Shown piece by piece: positions 47,926 through 58,688 of a stretch of DNA of 64,000 nucleotides; position 1 is the first letter of the stretch; every line of letters begins with the position of its first letter. The DNA is taken from assembly GCA_963675595.2 (NCBI GenBank), contig CAXXLZ010000002.1:2816001-2880000 (forward strand), read 5' to 3'. This stretch comes from Thermodesulfobacteriota bacterium (GTDB taxonomy: Bacteria; Desulfobacterota; Desulfarculia; JACQYL01). The translations under genes and the position numbers were made by a program. A model generated the notes under the pieces. The model ran no database searches, was not told the origin of the DNA, and worked only from the letters and a program-made list of their open reading frames with translations.

Positions 47926-50004
47926 TCAGGGTTGAACGGCCCCGGTGTCTCCTCCCCCCACCCCCAAACCCAACCTCCGCCGCCCCTCCAAAAAATCCGG
48001 GAATGGCCGACGGATTGCCGATGGAGCACCTGCTCCCTGCAACGTGTAAGGATCCACAATGGTGGGGCCGGCGCCGTCAAAGGCCGTCTGCAGGTAGGTC
48101 ATGACCTGTGCCTGAATGATTTCCGTGGGTCCGTCGGTCACGTCCAATAAGGCCCGGTGCCCGCCGTCGTCGTACTGGTACAGACCGGTCCCGGTGAAGG
48201 GGGACGAGGTCGCGTCGAGTCCTTCCACCGGGTCCACAAGGTCCACCTGCATGATGCTCAGAGCGCGGGCCAAGTCCACCGTAGCGGAATTGGGCACCAC
48301 CAGGTCGCCGATCATCTCCTGCAACAGAATTCCGCCCGTGGGGTCCGTACTGTCTCCGGCCGCGAACCGAGCTCCATAGACGAAGGCGTCCGCGTCGTCG
48401 CAGATGATTTGACCCGCCGCGAGAAGCCATCGGTATTCCGGAGTTCCCGGTTCGATTCCCAGGTAGGCGACGGACTGCCTGAGTTGCGGCCCCACGGAAT
48501 CGGAATCATCCAGCAGATAGAGGAGTCTGCCCCCCGCCGCGTTGATCACCGCGGAGTCCAGTCCCCGTTCCATCGCCACATAGGGAACCCCCACGATGCC
48601 GCCCAGGGACATGCCCACAAAGGCCACACGATCCGATGAAAGTTCGGGAAAACCGTCCGCGTCGAAATCCGAAGCGCCGTTCCGGATCATGTGGGTGAGG
48701 GCAAACAGGTCCGCCACGGACTGGCGCACGTTGTCCCGGGAGACGAGGAGGTTTTCCATGTTGATGAAATTGGCTCCGGATGGGTCCGCAATGCCGTCCG
48801 GCACGGGCTCGCCGGTTTCATTGTTGACCCGATCCAGGTCCTTCGTCCGGCTCCCGTGCAGCACCAGATCAATGCCGATGACGGCCGTGCCCCGGCTGCA
48901 GGCGGCATCCGCAATGGCCAGCAGGTCTTCCTTGGAACGGGTAATCCCATGAGCGAAAATCATCACGGGAAAGGGTCCGTCTCCTTCGGGCAAGGCCGCG
49001 ATGAATTCGAGGTCTTCCCGGAAGGCCTCGACCACGGCTCCGTCTTGGGAAAACACGAAAGGCCCGGTCAGGGGATCCTGGATGTATTGAGGCGCTTCGA
49101 ACCGCCCGAGGTACACCGCGTGAATGTGGTCATGAGGTACGAAATCCGCCCCGAAGAGCTGAAACAGCAGGTCGATGGACGAAGCCCCCGCGACTCCGAA
49201 GTAGATTTCCGGTTCGGGATGCTCTTCTTGGGCCTGTTCCCAAAGCCTGTCCAACATGTCGAAGAGGGGCTGCGTGGTGAAGGTAAAGGCAAAAGGAATC
49301 CGGTCCCGGCTCTCGCCGGTGAACGCCTCGGCGGCTTCCCACGCAGGTTGGAGGGAACGCCGCACCGGCTCCAACAAACGCGCCGACTCGTCGCTCAATC
49401 CCTTATGCAGGGACCTTCCGCCCGCATCGATCAACGAAGTCTCTTCTCTCAGATAAGGTCCGTGGGGTCCGGCCTCCACCGGGTCGCCGGAAGCGTCGTG
49501 CACGTTCCGGGTCACCACGACCACATAGGTGCGTCCCGGTACCAGCGGGCGCAGAGGCAACGCCGTGATCCAGGAGGGATTGCCGGAGGAATCAGGCTCC
49601 ACGGAGAACTTCATGGCGGGTGTCGCGGACGGGTCCTCCATTTCCAGCACGATCACGGATTCCGCATCCACCGATGTCTCGTCCAAAGGACCTGAAAACG
49701 GGATCCGGAGGGGAGCGGACACGGAAAAGCCGTCCAGCTCGTTGACCTGCTCAATCAGTGGGTCCAAAGACGAAGAATCGGTGAGTGAAAGGGCGTTTTC
49801 CCCGGTTTCCGGGTCTCGGAAGAGATCGTTGGGGAAGGGAGACTGCAATGGATCCGGAGGAAGCTGAAGCAGCACGTGCGTGCCTTCGTTCTCGTTTCCG
49901 TCCGTGCGGGAACCGCCCGAGCAGGAAACGAACACAACCAAGGGAAGACAGATCAGTACAAACAGGCGAAGGGCGGCCCCCCCGACTCTTGTGCGGGTTG
50001 CCAT
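47926..50004 (-). CDS. lipoprotein alpha/beta-hydrolase, Pla-1/VolA-like extracellular lipase
   Basis: Lipobox-like FVSC; PFPNDL, NELDGFS Ig-like region; FAHGITRSKE, IDLVLHG, RDNVRQSVADL, GMSLGG nucleophile elbow. Confidence 0.8.
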   Translation of the reverse strand: MATRTRVGGAALRLFVLICLPLVVFVSCSGGSRTDGNENEGTHVLLQLPPDPLQSPFPNDLFRDPETGENALSLTDSSSLDPLIEQVNELDGFSVSAPLRIPFSGPLDETSVDAESVIVLEMEDPSATPAMKFSVEPDSSGNPSWITALPLRPLVPGRTYVVVVTRNVHDASGDPVEAGPHGPYLREETSLIDAGGRSLHKGLSDESARLLEPVRRSLQPAWEAAEAFTGESRDRIPFAFTFTTQPLFDMLDRLWEQAQEEHPEPEIYFGVAGASSIDLLFQLFGADFVPHDHIHAVYLGRFEAPQYIQDPLTGPFVFSQDGAVVEAFREDLEFIAALPEGDGPFPVMIFAHGITRSKEDLLAIADAACSRGTAVIGIDLVLHGSRTKDLDRVNNETGEPVPDGIADPSGANFINMENLLVSRDNVRQSVADLFALTHMIRNGASDFDADGFPELSSDRVAFVGMSLGGIVGVPYVAMERGLDSAVINAAGGRLLYLLDDSDSVGPQLRQSVAYLGIEPGTPEYRWLLAAGQIICDDADAFVYGARFAAGDSTDPTGGILLQEMIGDLVVPNSATVDLARALSIMQVDLVDPVEGLDATSSPFTGTGLYQYDDGGHRALLDVTDGPTEIIQAQVMTYLQTAFDGAGPTIVDPYTLQGAGAPSAIRRPFPDFLEGRRRLGLGVGGGDTGAVQP

Positions 50005-50207
50005 GGCGTTACCTCGTTCTACGCGAAAACCGTTTTGGCTCCGTTTCACCCGAGGGACCTCCGCGGCACGCGCATTGCACGCCGGGAAGACCCCTCGAGC
50101 GCCTTCCTCAAGGCCGGATGCGGTCGGTTTGAAAGCGCTCTCGGGAATAAAGGCGCTTCGACCGGAAAAATCATCTCAAACATGCCTCCGGACGAAGAAT
50201 AAGGGTC

Positions 50208-51950
50208 TCACGATTGGTCCAGGACCATGCGGATCATCTTGAGCATTTCTCTGATTTCGTAAGGCTTGTTGAGGAAAGCCTTGGCCCCCTCTTTGAAGCC
50301 CCCGGCCACGGCTCCGTTGGCGGAATACCCACTGGTCAGAATCACTTTCTGCTCCGGATGAATCTTTCGAATCTCCTGCAGGCACTTCATGCCGCCCATG
50401 CCGGGCATGATCAGATCCAGAATCACCAAAGCGTAGCCGGTGGGATTCTCCTTGTACAGCGCCAGTGCCGTTTCTCCGTCGGGTGCCGAGGTCACCGTGT
50501 ATCCCTGGCGGAGAAGCACCTGTTCCGCGAAATCCCTGACCGCTTCTTCGTCGTCCGCGAGCAAAACGCTCTCCGAGCCCCGGGGCAATTCCTTCATCCC
50601 GGGCACTTCCTCCTCGCCTCTACGTATTTGGAGCACCGTGGGCCAATACACTTTGAAGGTGGTGCCCGTACCGGGCTCACTGTAGCAGTTGATCAGACCG
50701 CCATGGTTTTTCACGATGCCGTAGACCATGGACAGACCCAACCCGCTGCCTTTGCCCACCGCTTTGGTGGTGAAAAACGGCTCGAAAATGCGCTCCCGCA
50801 CCCTCTTGTCCATGCCGTGTCCCGTATCGGACATCGCGAGCACCACGAAATCTCCGGGCAGGGCATCCACATGAGTCCTGCAGTACTCGTCGTCCAGAGA
50901 GACGTTCCAGGTTTCAATAATCAGGTCTCCGCCTTCGGGCATGGCGTCGCGCGCATTGAGGGCGAGGTTCATGACCACCTGTTCCACCTGGTTGGGGTCC
51001 GCATAGATGATGCGCAAATCCATACCCGGATGAAAATGCACGCTGATGGATTTCGTCAAAGCTCTTTCCAGTAACGAACGGATGTGTTGAATCTCCTGAT
51101 TGAGGTCCACGGGCCGCAATCTGCTTTCGAGCTTGCGGCTGAAGGTCAGGAGTTGGCGGGTGAGGTCCGAGCCTTTTCGAGCCGTTTTGGCGATTTCCCT
51201 GAGGTGCCGACCGTCGGGATCGTTTTCCGACCGCCCCATGAGCATCAGCTCGGCATATCCGTGAATCCCTTGAAGGAGGTTATTGAAATCGTGGGCGATT
51301 CCCCCGGCCAAGGCTCCGATGGCCTCCATCTTCTGGGCGTGGCGCAACTGACTTTCGAGTTGGTTTCGCTCCGTGACGTCGCTGAGAACGACGAAGCTCC
51401 CTTTGCTGAAACCGGAATCATCCCGATGGAGTTTGGCCGAACAGAGAACCCGCGCTCTGCCGCCGTCTTTACGGACCAATTCCATTTCTTCTTGACGAGA
51501 CCCGGGACCGCCCGCCCATATTCTTTTCGCCACTTCCTCCCGTCGCTCTTCCGGCACGAGACGAGAATAGTGCATGCCCAACAGCTCTTCAGGATCGTAC
51601 CCGGTGATCTCACTGAGGCGAGGGTTGGCGTAACCGATTCGTCCCTCTTGATCCAACAGAAACAATCCATCATGCATGGTTTCCACTAGTCGGCGGTATC
51701 GGGTTTCGGACCGCATCCTCTGGTCCTGAACCCTCCAAAGCAAGAATCCACCCGCCAGACAAGCGGCCAACACGTAGGACCTCACCCAAAGCTCGTGAGG
51801 CGGCACATGTAATACCAGGAGGTCCCAAAACCCGCCTCTTCCCTGGTAAAACACGAGATAGTCCAAAACCGCGTCGATGACCCAAAACGACAATCCGAAA
51901 AGCAGAGCTGCTTTCAGCACATGAGCCCGAACCGGAAATAAGGATTTCAT
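50208..51950 (-). CDS. membrane PAS hybrid histidine kinase (CckA-like architecture)
   Basis: 2 TM, PAS, AHDFNNLL, NARDAM, FFTTK, GSGLGL, REC (LADDE, LDLIMPG, NKP). Confidence 0.92.
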   Translation of the reverse strand: MKSLFPVRAHVLKAALLFGLSFWVIDAVLDYLVFYQGRGGFWDLLVLHVPPHELWVRSYVLAACLAGGFLLWRVQDQRMRSETRYRRLVETMHDGLFLLDQEGRIGYANPRLSEITGYDPEELLGMHYSRLVPEERREEVAKRIWAGGPGSRQEEMELVRKDGGRARVLCSAKLHRDDSGFSKGSFVVLSDVTERNQLESQLRHAQKMEAIGALAGGIAHDFNNLLQGIHGYAELMLMGRSENDPDGRHLREIAKTARKGSDLTRQLLTFSRKLESRLRPVDLNQEIQHIRSLLERALTKSISVHFHPGMDLRIIYADPNQVEQVVMNLALNARDAMPEGGDLIIETWNVSLDDEYCRTHVDALPGDFVVLAMSDTGHGMDKRVRERIFEPFFTTKAVGKGSGLGLSMVYGIVKNHGGLINCYSEPGTGTTFKVYWPTVLQIRRGEEEVPGMKELPRGSESVLLADDEEAVRDFAEQVLLRQGYTVTSAPDGETALALYKENPTGYALVILDLIMPGMGGMKCLQEIRKIHPEQKVILTSGYSANGAVAGGFKEGAKAFLNKPYEIREMLKMIRMVLDQS

Positions 51951-52104
51951 GCATGTCCTCCGAGAAGCGAAACGGAGAATGCGGCGTTAAGGACCTGGGG
52001 AGTCCGAAGACGGCGTAATCGCCGCCCGCGGCAAATGAAGAAAAGAAGGTGCGAGGCGCGCTTCCCCTCTAAACTTTCCCACCAAAATTATGTGGAGAAA
52101 CAGG

Positions 52105-52133
52105 TTGTCTTTACCGGAAGGCTTCGTTACGAT
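52105..52133 (+). promoter_or_regulatory. putative sigma-70 promoter
   Basis: TTGTCT-17nt-TACGAT. Confidence 0.45.
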
Positions 52134-52189
52134 TGTTGCACCCCGCTCTGAAAGCAGCCTTCATCTTACCAATAAAAAGGAGTTCTGTC

Positions 52190-52891
52190 ATGAAGGTACT
52201 GGGCATTTCCGGCAGTCCACGAAAGGAGACCACCTCCGGCGTCTACAAACTCGTGCGAACCGTCTTGGAAAACACGGGACTGGAATATGAACTGGTTTCC
52301 CTCCGATCGAAAACCATCGGCGGCTGCATCGCCTGTTTGGGCTGCGTCAAGGACAACGTGTGCAAAGTGGAGGACGACCTGGCCCCCCTGAGAGACAAGA
52401 TCGTGGAAGCCGACGCTTACGTGATCGGCGCGCCCAATTACTATTCGACCATGAACGCGACGTCGCACGCTTTCCTCGAACGGTGGTTCCAATTCCGACA
52501 CCAGGAGGGGAATACGCTCTGGGGCAAACTAGGCGTTGCGGTGGGCGTGGGGGGAACCGGAGGAAGATTTCCCGCTGATACCATCGAAACCTTCTTTGCC
52601 TACAACTTCATTGAGCCCGTGGCCAAAGTCACGGGACAAGGCGCGGCCTCTTGTTTCTCCTGCGGCTATGGAGAAACCTGCAAGGTGGGCGTACCCACCA
52701 TGCTGTTCGGGGAAGGAGTCAAGATCACCGAGGACATGGTTCCCGACGTGGCCAAACAGCCCGAAGTCATGAAAACGGCGGCGGATGCCGGCAAACTCCT
52801 GGGGGCGCGCCTCACGCAGGGTCACGACCGCATGGCGGTCACTCAGAAAATGCAGAAGATGCTGATGGAGAAATTCAAAGGCTCCGCCTGA
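52190..52891 (+). CDS. iron-sulfur flavoprotein / NADPH-dependent FMN reductase family
   Basis: GISGSPRK, CIACLGC.....C, GAPNYY; extra CFSCGYGETC; AAGGAG RBS. Confidence 0.88.
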   Translation: MKVLGISGSPRKETTSGVYKLVRTVLENTGLEYELVSLRSKTIGGCIACLGCVKDNVCKVEDDLAPLRDKIVEADAYVIGAPNYYSTMNATSHAFLERWFQFRHQEGNTLWGKLGVAVGVGGTGGRFPADTIETFFAYNFIEPVAKVTGQGAASCFSCGYGETCKVGVPTMLFGEGVKITEDMVPDVAKQPEVMKTAADAGKLLGARLTQGHDRMAVTQKMQKMLMEKFKGSA

Positions 52892-53167
52892 TCCGGCTCG
52901 AGCCCGCGGGGAGGCGCGACGTCTCCCCGCGATCCTCGTACGACAACCATGGGTCCGAACGGGTTCCGGCCCCATGAACCCTCTGAAATCCCTCCTCATT
53001 CCGCCCGGACATATTGCTGTTGCGCACCTGTCCCGTCCGTTCTATAAAGCCTCTTGGAAATGACGCGCAACACCGTGGATCGCGTTTTTCAATGACCCGA
53101 TGGGCGGCTCCTGAAAAAAATGGAGCCGGTTGTTTTCAGATCGTAATCCGGAGGGAGATCCCGAACC

Positions 53168-53647
53168 ATGGCCGGTTGGAAACTGAAAAGCGTCGGTTCC
53201 GTTCTCAAGGAAAGCCGTTCCAGTCTCCTGGAAGGGGCCGCGGTTTGGCGGGTTTGGGACGAGGCGGTGGGACCTCAGATTTCCGCCCGGGCGCAGCCGC
53301 TTTCTTTTCAAGCCGGCCTACTGTGGGTGGTTGTTCAAAACGCTGCGTGGATGCAGGAGCTTCAGTTCCAGGCCGAGACTTTGATCGCGACCTTGAATCG
53401 GTCCGTGGGCAGGGAAATGGTCCGAGAAATCCGTTTTCGACAGGGCCGCTTTGCTCCCAAGAAAAAGAAACCGGAAGAGACTGAACGCGATCTCGCCGAA
53501 TCGACTCCTCCCCCCCCGGAAACAATGCATTCCATCCAAGATCACACACGCAAACTAAAAGACCCCGAACTCAGGGAAATCGCGAAGCGCATCGGGTTCC
53601 ACGCGGCATCCCGAAACCCCCGAGGATGGGACGCCGAAAAACCGTAG
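53168..53647 (+). CDS. dciA: DUF721 / DciA family protein
   Basis: VWDEAVGPQISARAQP..F..GLLWVVV.NAAWMQELQF...LN...VREIRF. Confidence 0.8.
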   Translation: MAGWKLKSVGSVLKESRSSLLEGAAVWRVWDEAVGPQISARAQPLSFQAGLLWVVVQNAAWMQELQFQAETLIATLNRSVGREMVREIRFRQGRFAPKKKKPEETERDLAESTPPPPETMHSIQDHTRKLKDPELREIAKRIGFHAASRNPRGWDAEKP

Positions 53648-53664
53648 CCGTCTCCCCGGTCGAA

Positions 53665-54423
53665 TCACTTCGCGTACAGTCTCTGCAACTCCGTGGTATA
53701 TGATCCGTCCTCCCGATACAAGATCAAGGGAGGCTCAACGATAAGTTCTTCACCGCCCCCCTTTACGGAGTGAATCAGGGCCAATTTGCCCGGACTCGCC
53801 TTTCGACCGTGAACGAAGCGCATCCGCTTGGGCGTGAAACCGGCCGCTTCCAGGCCGCGCAAGAGCCTGGGCAATCCCGCGGCCCTGTAAATCACGGCCA
53901 AACGTCCCCCGTAACGCACCAGAAAGGCGGCGGCTCGCAGGAAGTCCTCGAGAGTGGAATGGAGTTCGTGGCGCGCCGATGCCCTGTCTTCCATGGGGCT
54001 GATCCTCCCCGTGCCCGGAGAGCCGTACGGCGGGTTGGCCACGGCGAGGTCGAAACTCTCGGGCGGAAAAAGGTCGGCCGGTCGGGTCAGATCGCCCGTC
54101 ACCATGCGCACCTTGGATTCCATGGCGTTCAGTTGGACGTTTTCGGAGGCGAGGGAAGCCATCCCGGAATCGAGCTCGATCCCGGTGACGCTCGACGGCG
54201 CGGGGTTCAGAGCAAGGATCAAGGAAATCACGCCGCAACCGGCGCCCAGGTCCGCCACCCGATCCCCGATTTTCGGTCGGGCAAAATCGGCCAGCAGGAC
54301 CACGTCCATGGAAAACCGGTAACCCCGTTCGGGCTGCCGCAGTTTGAGGCGGCCGCCGAACAGAGCATCCAGGGTTTCTCCCGGTCGCGGCCGGGGCTCC
54401 GAATCGCGAATCTCCGTCCCCAC
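53665..54423 (-). CDS. tRNA1(Val) A37 N6-methyltransferase family
   Basis: QPERGYRFSMDVVLLA, DLGAGCG, ANPPY, ARHE. Confidence 0.85.
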   Translation of the reverse strand: MGTEIRDSEPRPRPGETLDALFGGRLKLRQPERGYRFSMDVVLLADFARPKIGDRVADLGAGCGVISLILALNPAPSSVTGIELDSGMASLASENVQLNAMESKVRMVTGDLTRPADLFPPESFDLAVANPPYGSPGTGRISPMEDRASARHELHSTLEDFLRAAAFLVRYGGRLAVIYRAAGLPRLLRGLEAAGFTPKRMRFVHGRKASPGKLALIHSVKGGGEELIVEPPLILYREDGSYTTELQRLYAK

Positions 54424-54424
54424 G

Positions 54425-55750
54425 TCAGAAGGCGTTGATCACCATTCCCGTGATCACCTTGGGATAAAAGTAAGTGGATTTCCGGGGCATGATCAATCCT
54501 TCACCCGCCACGGCCGTCACCTGCTCGATGCGGGTCGGATTCAGCAGGAAACCCGCTTCGCAGCGCCCGGTTTCCACCTTGTCCAACGCGTCGTGATAAC
54601 GGCTGCTGTAGTGAAGGTTCTTCTCGTTGTCCAGGTCCTCGTCGGTCATGCCCAGAAGCCCTTTGAAAATCACCTCCGTAAAGGCGGCCACGTCCAGGTC
54701 TCGCTGCGCCGGCTTCAAGTCCCTGCCGAAATCGCCTTCCATGACTCCCGGCTTCATTGTGAACAGAAAGTATCGATCCATTCCCTTCTTGGTAAAGCCG
54801 AAGGCATGAGCCGATTCTCCCGCCTCTTTCAACACGTCGAAAAAGCGGGCGCGCACGTCGTCTCGATCGGATGCCGCGTATTCAAATGATTTGATCTCGA
54901 AGAATTTTTCGCAGGATTCCAGAAAATCGTCGACGTCCAAAGCCGAAGGCCATTGCGCCAGGAGTCGATGGGCGGGAAGGATGGTGACGTTTTCTTCGGT
55001 GTTACACAGGTACATCATCACGTACTGTGCCGGGTGCCCTTCCTTTGCGCCTTCGGTCTCTTTCAGGAAATTCCAGTAATTCACCGCCGTCTCATATCGG
55101 TGATGCCCGTCCGCAATGAACAGATCGCGGTCGTCAAACCACTGGGAAACGCCTTGGAGGGCGGCTGCTTCCGTTACCGGCCACAACATATGTCGGATGC
55201 CGTCTTTGTCCCTGAAATCATTGACCGGGGTCTTGGCCGCGGCCGACTGCAACAGATTGGAAACCGAACGCTCCGGGTCCGAGTACAAAGAGAAGATCGG
55301 ACTGAAATTGGCCCGACAGGCCTTGATCAGTTTCAGCCGATCCGATTTGGTTTCGGAGAAGGTCCGCTCATGACGTCGAATCTTTCCATCCTGGATATCC
55401 TCAACCTTCACCCGCGCGATGAGTCCGGTCCTCTGCTCTTTCGTACCGTCCTCAACGGTATATTCGATCCTGTACAGATACAGTGCGGGACCGGGATCAT
55501 GAATCAACACGCCGTTCTCCCGCCATGCCTGGAAGTCCGCTGCGGCGCGGGTGTAGCGATTGTCCGCCTCGGTGTCCGAAGCATACTGCCGGCCCAAGAT
55601 CAAGCGAATGATATTGCGGGGATGAGTTCGATAAAACGATTCCTGCTCCTCCGGTGAAATCACGTCGTAAGGCGGCGTAACCACCAGGGAAAGGTCTTGA
55701 ATGATTTGCGAATTGTAACGGAGTCCTTTGAACGCTTCCACATGTGCCAC
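54425..55750 (-). CDS. DUF1015 family protein
   Basis: PPYDVIS, RHERT, FIADGHHRYETA, MPRKSTYFYPK. Confidence 0.9.
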   Translation of the reverse strand: MAHVEAFKGLRYNSQIIQDLSLVVTPPYDVISPEEQESFYRTHPRNIIRLILGRQYASDTEADNRYTRAAADFQAWRENGVLIHDPGPALYLYRIEYTVEDGTKEQRTGLIARVKVEDIQDGKIRRHERTFSETKSDRLKLIKACRANFSPIFSLYSDPERSVSNLLQSAAAKTPVNDFRDKDGIRHMLWPVTEAAALQGVSQWFDDRDLFIADGHHRYETAVNYWNFLKETEGAKEGHPAQYVMMYLCNTEENVTILPAHRLLAQWPSALDVDDFLESCEKFFEIKSFEYAASDRDDVRARFFDVLKEAGESAHAFGFTKKGMDRYFLFTMKPGVMEGDFGRDLKPAQRDLDVAAFTEVIFKGLLGMTDEDLDNEKNLHYSSRYHDALDKVETGRCEAGFLLNPTRIEQVTAVAGEGLIMPRKSTYFYPKVITGMVINAF

Positions 55751-55847
55751 GAGAATACCTCTGTCGTTTTCTAGTTTGCGCCTTCCGCAGGAACGAACTT
55801 GTTACGGCCGGCGGGGTTCCGTGCTGTGCCGTGATCTCGGGACGTAT

Positions 55848-57173
55848 CTAAACGCCGATGAGTGCGCGGATTTCTTTTTCGATTTCGCGGACGCGAGCAA
55901 AAACCTCGTGCTCGTCAATGCTTGAAAACCGGCCGTTCAGCATGACCGGCCTGCCGTTGATGATACTAGTGACGACTTCGCTGCCGTTGGCGGAATATAC
56001 TAAATGCGAATACGGATTGTACATGGGAATCAGGTGAGGCCGATCAAAATCCAGAATAATCAGGTCCGCCTTTTTTCCATTTTCGATACCGCCCAAGTCT
56101 CCGTCCATGCCCAACGCCCTCGCCCCGCCCAAGGTCGCCGTCTCCACCACGGTTTCGGCATCCATGGCCGTGAGGTCGCCGCCGGCCACTTTGTGCAGTT
56201 TCGCCGCCGTATCCATCTCTCCGAACATGTTCAAATTGTTGTTGCTCGCGCAACCGTCCGTACCCAACCCGACGCGGATTCCCCGTTTGAGAAGGCCTGG
56301 AACGGGAGCAATGCCCGAGGCCAGTTTCATGTTGCTTTCCGGGTTATGGCTCACCGCTACGTTTCGGGCCGCCAGCAGGTCCATCTCCTCTTCCGACAGG
56401 AACACGCAATGGTCCGCGATGAGACGTTCGTTCAAGACACCCAGTCCGTCCAAGTAAGCCACCGGGCGTTTTCCGTGTTTGGCCAGCACCTGGTTGATCT
56501 CATCCCGCGACTCACTGAGGTGGGTGATCATGGGAATGTCGAGTTCGAGACTCAGCTCCGCGGCTTTTTCGAACAACTCGGGAGCGCAAGTGTAAGGGCT
56601 GTGCGGCTCGACCGCAACGGAAATGAGCGGATCGTCCTTCCATTTCAGCGCCAATTCACGAGTCGCCTCATATCCATTCTCCAGGGGACCGTAGCTCGGA
56701 GAGGGAAAATCGTAGAGCACCTCACCCACCATCGCTCGAATTCCACAGGATTTCGCGGCCTCCGCAGTCTGATCCTCGAAAAGATACATATCGCAGAATG
56801 TGGTGGTTCCCGACCGGATCATTTCCAGGGCCGCAAGACGGGCGCCCCAATAAACCCATTCCGGTTTCAGGTTTCTTTCTATGGGAAAGATGTACCGAGT
56901 CAGCCATTCCATGAGGGGCAAATCATCGGCCAAACCGCGGAACAGGGTCATGGCCGCGTGAGTATGGGCATTGATCAATCCGGGAAGCACCACCATGTTC
57001 GAGGCGTCGATTACGAGGTCGGCACTGATGTCGGCCGGTGCGGGTTCCGGACCCATGATCGCGATACGGTCACCCCGAATCGCGATGAATCCGGGGTTGA
57101 CAACGCTCCCCGGAGGATTCATGGTTAGCAGCATTCCACGCCTGATCAAAATATCATAAGGTAATTGAGCCAT
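55848..57173 (-). CDS. mtaD: 5-methylthioadenosine/S-adenosylhomocysteine deaminase-like amidohydrolase
   Basis: PGLINAHTH, RGLADDLPL, PHSPYT, HLSE, HNPESNMKLASG, LGTDGCASNN. Confidence 0.85.
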   Translation of the reverse strand: MAQLPYDILIRRGMLLTMNPPGSVVNPGFIAIRGDRIAIMGPEPAPADISADLVIDASNMVVLPGLINAHTHAAMTLFRGLADDLPLMEWLTRYIFPIERNLKPEWVYWGARLAALEMIRSGTTTFCDMYLFEDQTAEAAKSCGIRAMVGEVLYDFPSPSYGPLENGYEATRELALKWKDDPLISVAVEPHSPYTCAPELFEKAAELSLELDIPMITHLSESRDEINQVLAKHGKRPVAYLDGLGVLNERLIADHCVFLSEEEMDLLAARNVAVSHNPESNMKLASGIAPVPGLLKRGIRVGLGTDGCASNNNLNMFGEMDTAAKLHKVAGGDLTAMDAETVVETATLGGARALGMDGDLGGIENGKKADLIILDFDRPHLIPMYNPYSHLVYSANGSEVVTSIINGRPVMLNGRFSSIDEHEVFARVREIEKEIRALIGV

Positions 57174-57207
57174 GATTTTGGGTGCTTACCCTTCGAAGAC
57201 AAAAATA

Positions 57208-57236
57208 TTGACATCCTCGTAACACCCTCCTAAACT
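57208..57236 (+). promoter_or_regulatory. sigma-70 promoter
   Basis: TTGACA-17nt-TAAACT ~40 nt upstream of the SLT gene. Confidence 0.6.
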
Positions 57237-57277
57237 TTGATGTCATACAACTTCGCCACGGAGAAGGAATTGCGGCT

Positions 57278-57913
57278 ATGTCTGACAAAGCGGGGCGTTA
57301 CGCGCCCTTTATTTCTTTCATGTTAATCTTGTTTGCGTGCGGTGTATTGTTTCCTCCTCACACGAGCCGAGTTTTGTGCTCGCAGAGCATTGGTGCCTTC
57401 GGCGTCACCGGCGAGCTCGATCCTCCGCCGGACGCCTTGATTCACGAAGAAGTCGTCGCTTCCAATCGGTCCAACGAAACAGTCCCGCAGCGCAACTATC
57501 CCGTCACTCACGACGCCCTTGCCCCCCACGAACGCTACGACCGGATTATTCGGGTCGCGGCGGAACGGTACGGCATTGATTTCTACCTGATCAAAGGGGT
57601 CATCCAGGCCGAGTCGAGCTTCAATCCCCGCGCCGTATCGCCCGTGGGAGCCTCCGGCCTCATGCAGATCATGCCGACAACGGCGGAGATGCTGGGCGTG
57701 AACAACCGATTCGATCCGGAAGAAAACATTCTCGCGGGCGTGCGTTATCTCAAGGATTTGGTCGAGGCTTTGGACGGAGACGTGGAGCTGGCGCTGGCGG
57801 CCTACAACGCCGGGATCACTCGGATACGCAGAACCAACGGGGTTCCTTATCGGGTCACCAGGACCTACGTACAGCGGGTCAAGCGTTTCGCGGAAGAATT
57901 CCGTTCCCTCTGA
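57278..57913 (+). CDS. lytic transglycosylase (SLT domain)
   Basis: IQAESSFNPRAVS, GASGLMQIMP, ALAAYNAG, TRTYV. Confidence 0.92.
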   Translation: MSDKAGRYAPFISFMLILFACGVLFPPHTSRVLCSQSIGAFGVTGELDPPPDALIHEEVVASNRSNETVPQRNYPVTHDALAPHERYDRIIRVAAERYGIDFYLIKGVIQAESSFNPRAVSPVGASGLMQIMPTTAEMLGVNNRFDPEENILAGVRYLKDLVEALDGDVELALAAYNAGITRIRRTNGVPYRVTRTYVQRVKRFAEEFRSL

Positions 57914-57933
57914 TCCGCCGTGGACGGTTCGGC

Positions 57934-58566
57934 CTAAGAACGCCCGTTCCACCGAGAAAACCGATCAAGGATGCCCAATCCCACCGGTCCGCTTTTTTCG
58001 GGGTGGAATTGTACGGCTACCAAGTTTTTCCGCGCCAGAACCGAGGTGAACCCGATTCCATAATCGGTGACACCGAGGCGAACCTCGTCCTCCGAGGGAT
58101 CTGGATAGTAGGAGTGGACGAAATAGAAGTCCGCTTCAGCGGGGATGTCTGAAAACACGGGATGGTCCCGGAGCAGACGAACCTGATTCCAGCCCATGTG
58201 GGGAATTTTCAGGGAAGGATCCCCGAGGCTCTTCAATGCACCGGCGAATCCCTTGGTCCCGCCTTTCACCAGTCCCAGGCATTCGGTGTCGTTCTCTTCG
58301 CTGTATTCAAGAATCACCTGCGTGCCCAGGCAGATGCCGAGAAGCGGCTTTCCGCTTTCATAGACCTCACGAATTACCGCGTCGAGACCGGTATCTTTCA
58401 AAGTGCGCATGGCCTGTCCCGCGGCGCCGACTCCGGGAAAAATCACTCGATCGGCTTCCAGAATCCGGTGGGGCTCCGCGGTGACCTCACAAAGGATATC
58501 CAGGCTGCGCAGGGCCCGGGCTACACTGGTCAGATTGCCCGCACCGTAGTCAACGATGGCGATCAT
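57934..58566 (-). CDS. hisH: imidazole glycerol phosphate synthase subunit HisH
   Basis: IAIVDYGAGNL, PGVGA, GICLG, PHMGWN, YFVHSY, QFHPEKS; start ATG 58566. Confidence 0.95.
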   Translation of the reverse strand: MIAIVDYGAGNLTSVARALRSLDILCEVTAEPHRILEADRVIFPGVGAAGQAMRTLKDTGLDAVIREVYESGKPLLGICLGTQVILEYSEENDTECLGLVKGGTKGFAGALKSLGDPSLKIPHMGWNQVRLLRDHPVFSDIPAEADFYFVHSYYPDPSEDEVRLGVTDYGIGFTSVLARKNLVAVQFHPEKSGPVGLGILDRFSRWNGRS

Positions 58567-58688
58567 GCGGAAGCCCCTTTCCTGAAGAGAATGATAGCGC
58601 CCTTGATGGGTACGCTTGTCCGGCAAGAATCGTCCGCCGGAGAAAGTGGTTTCTTTACCATCCAAATCCCAGCCAAGTCAATTCAGGA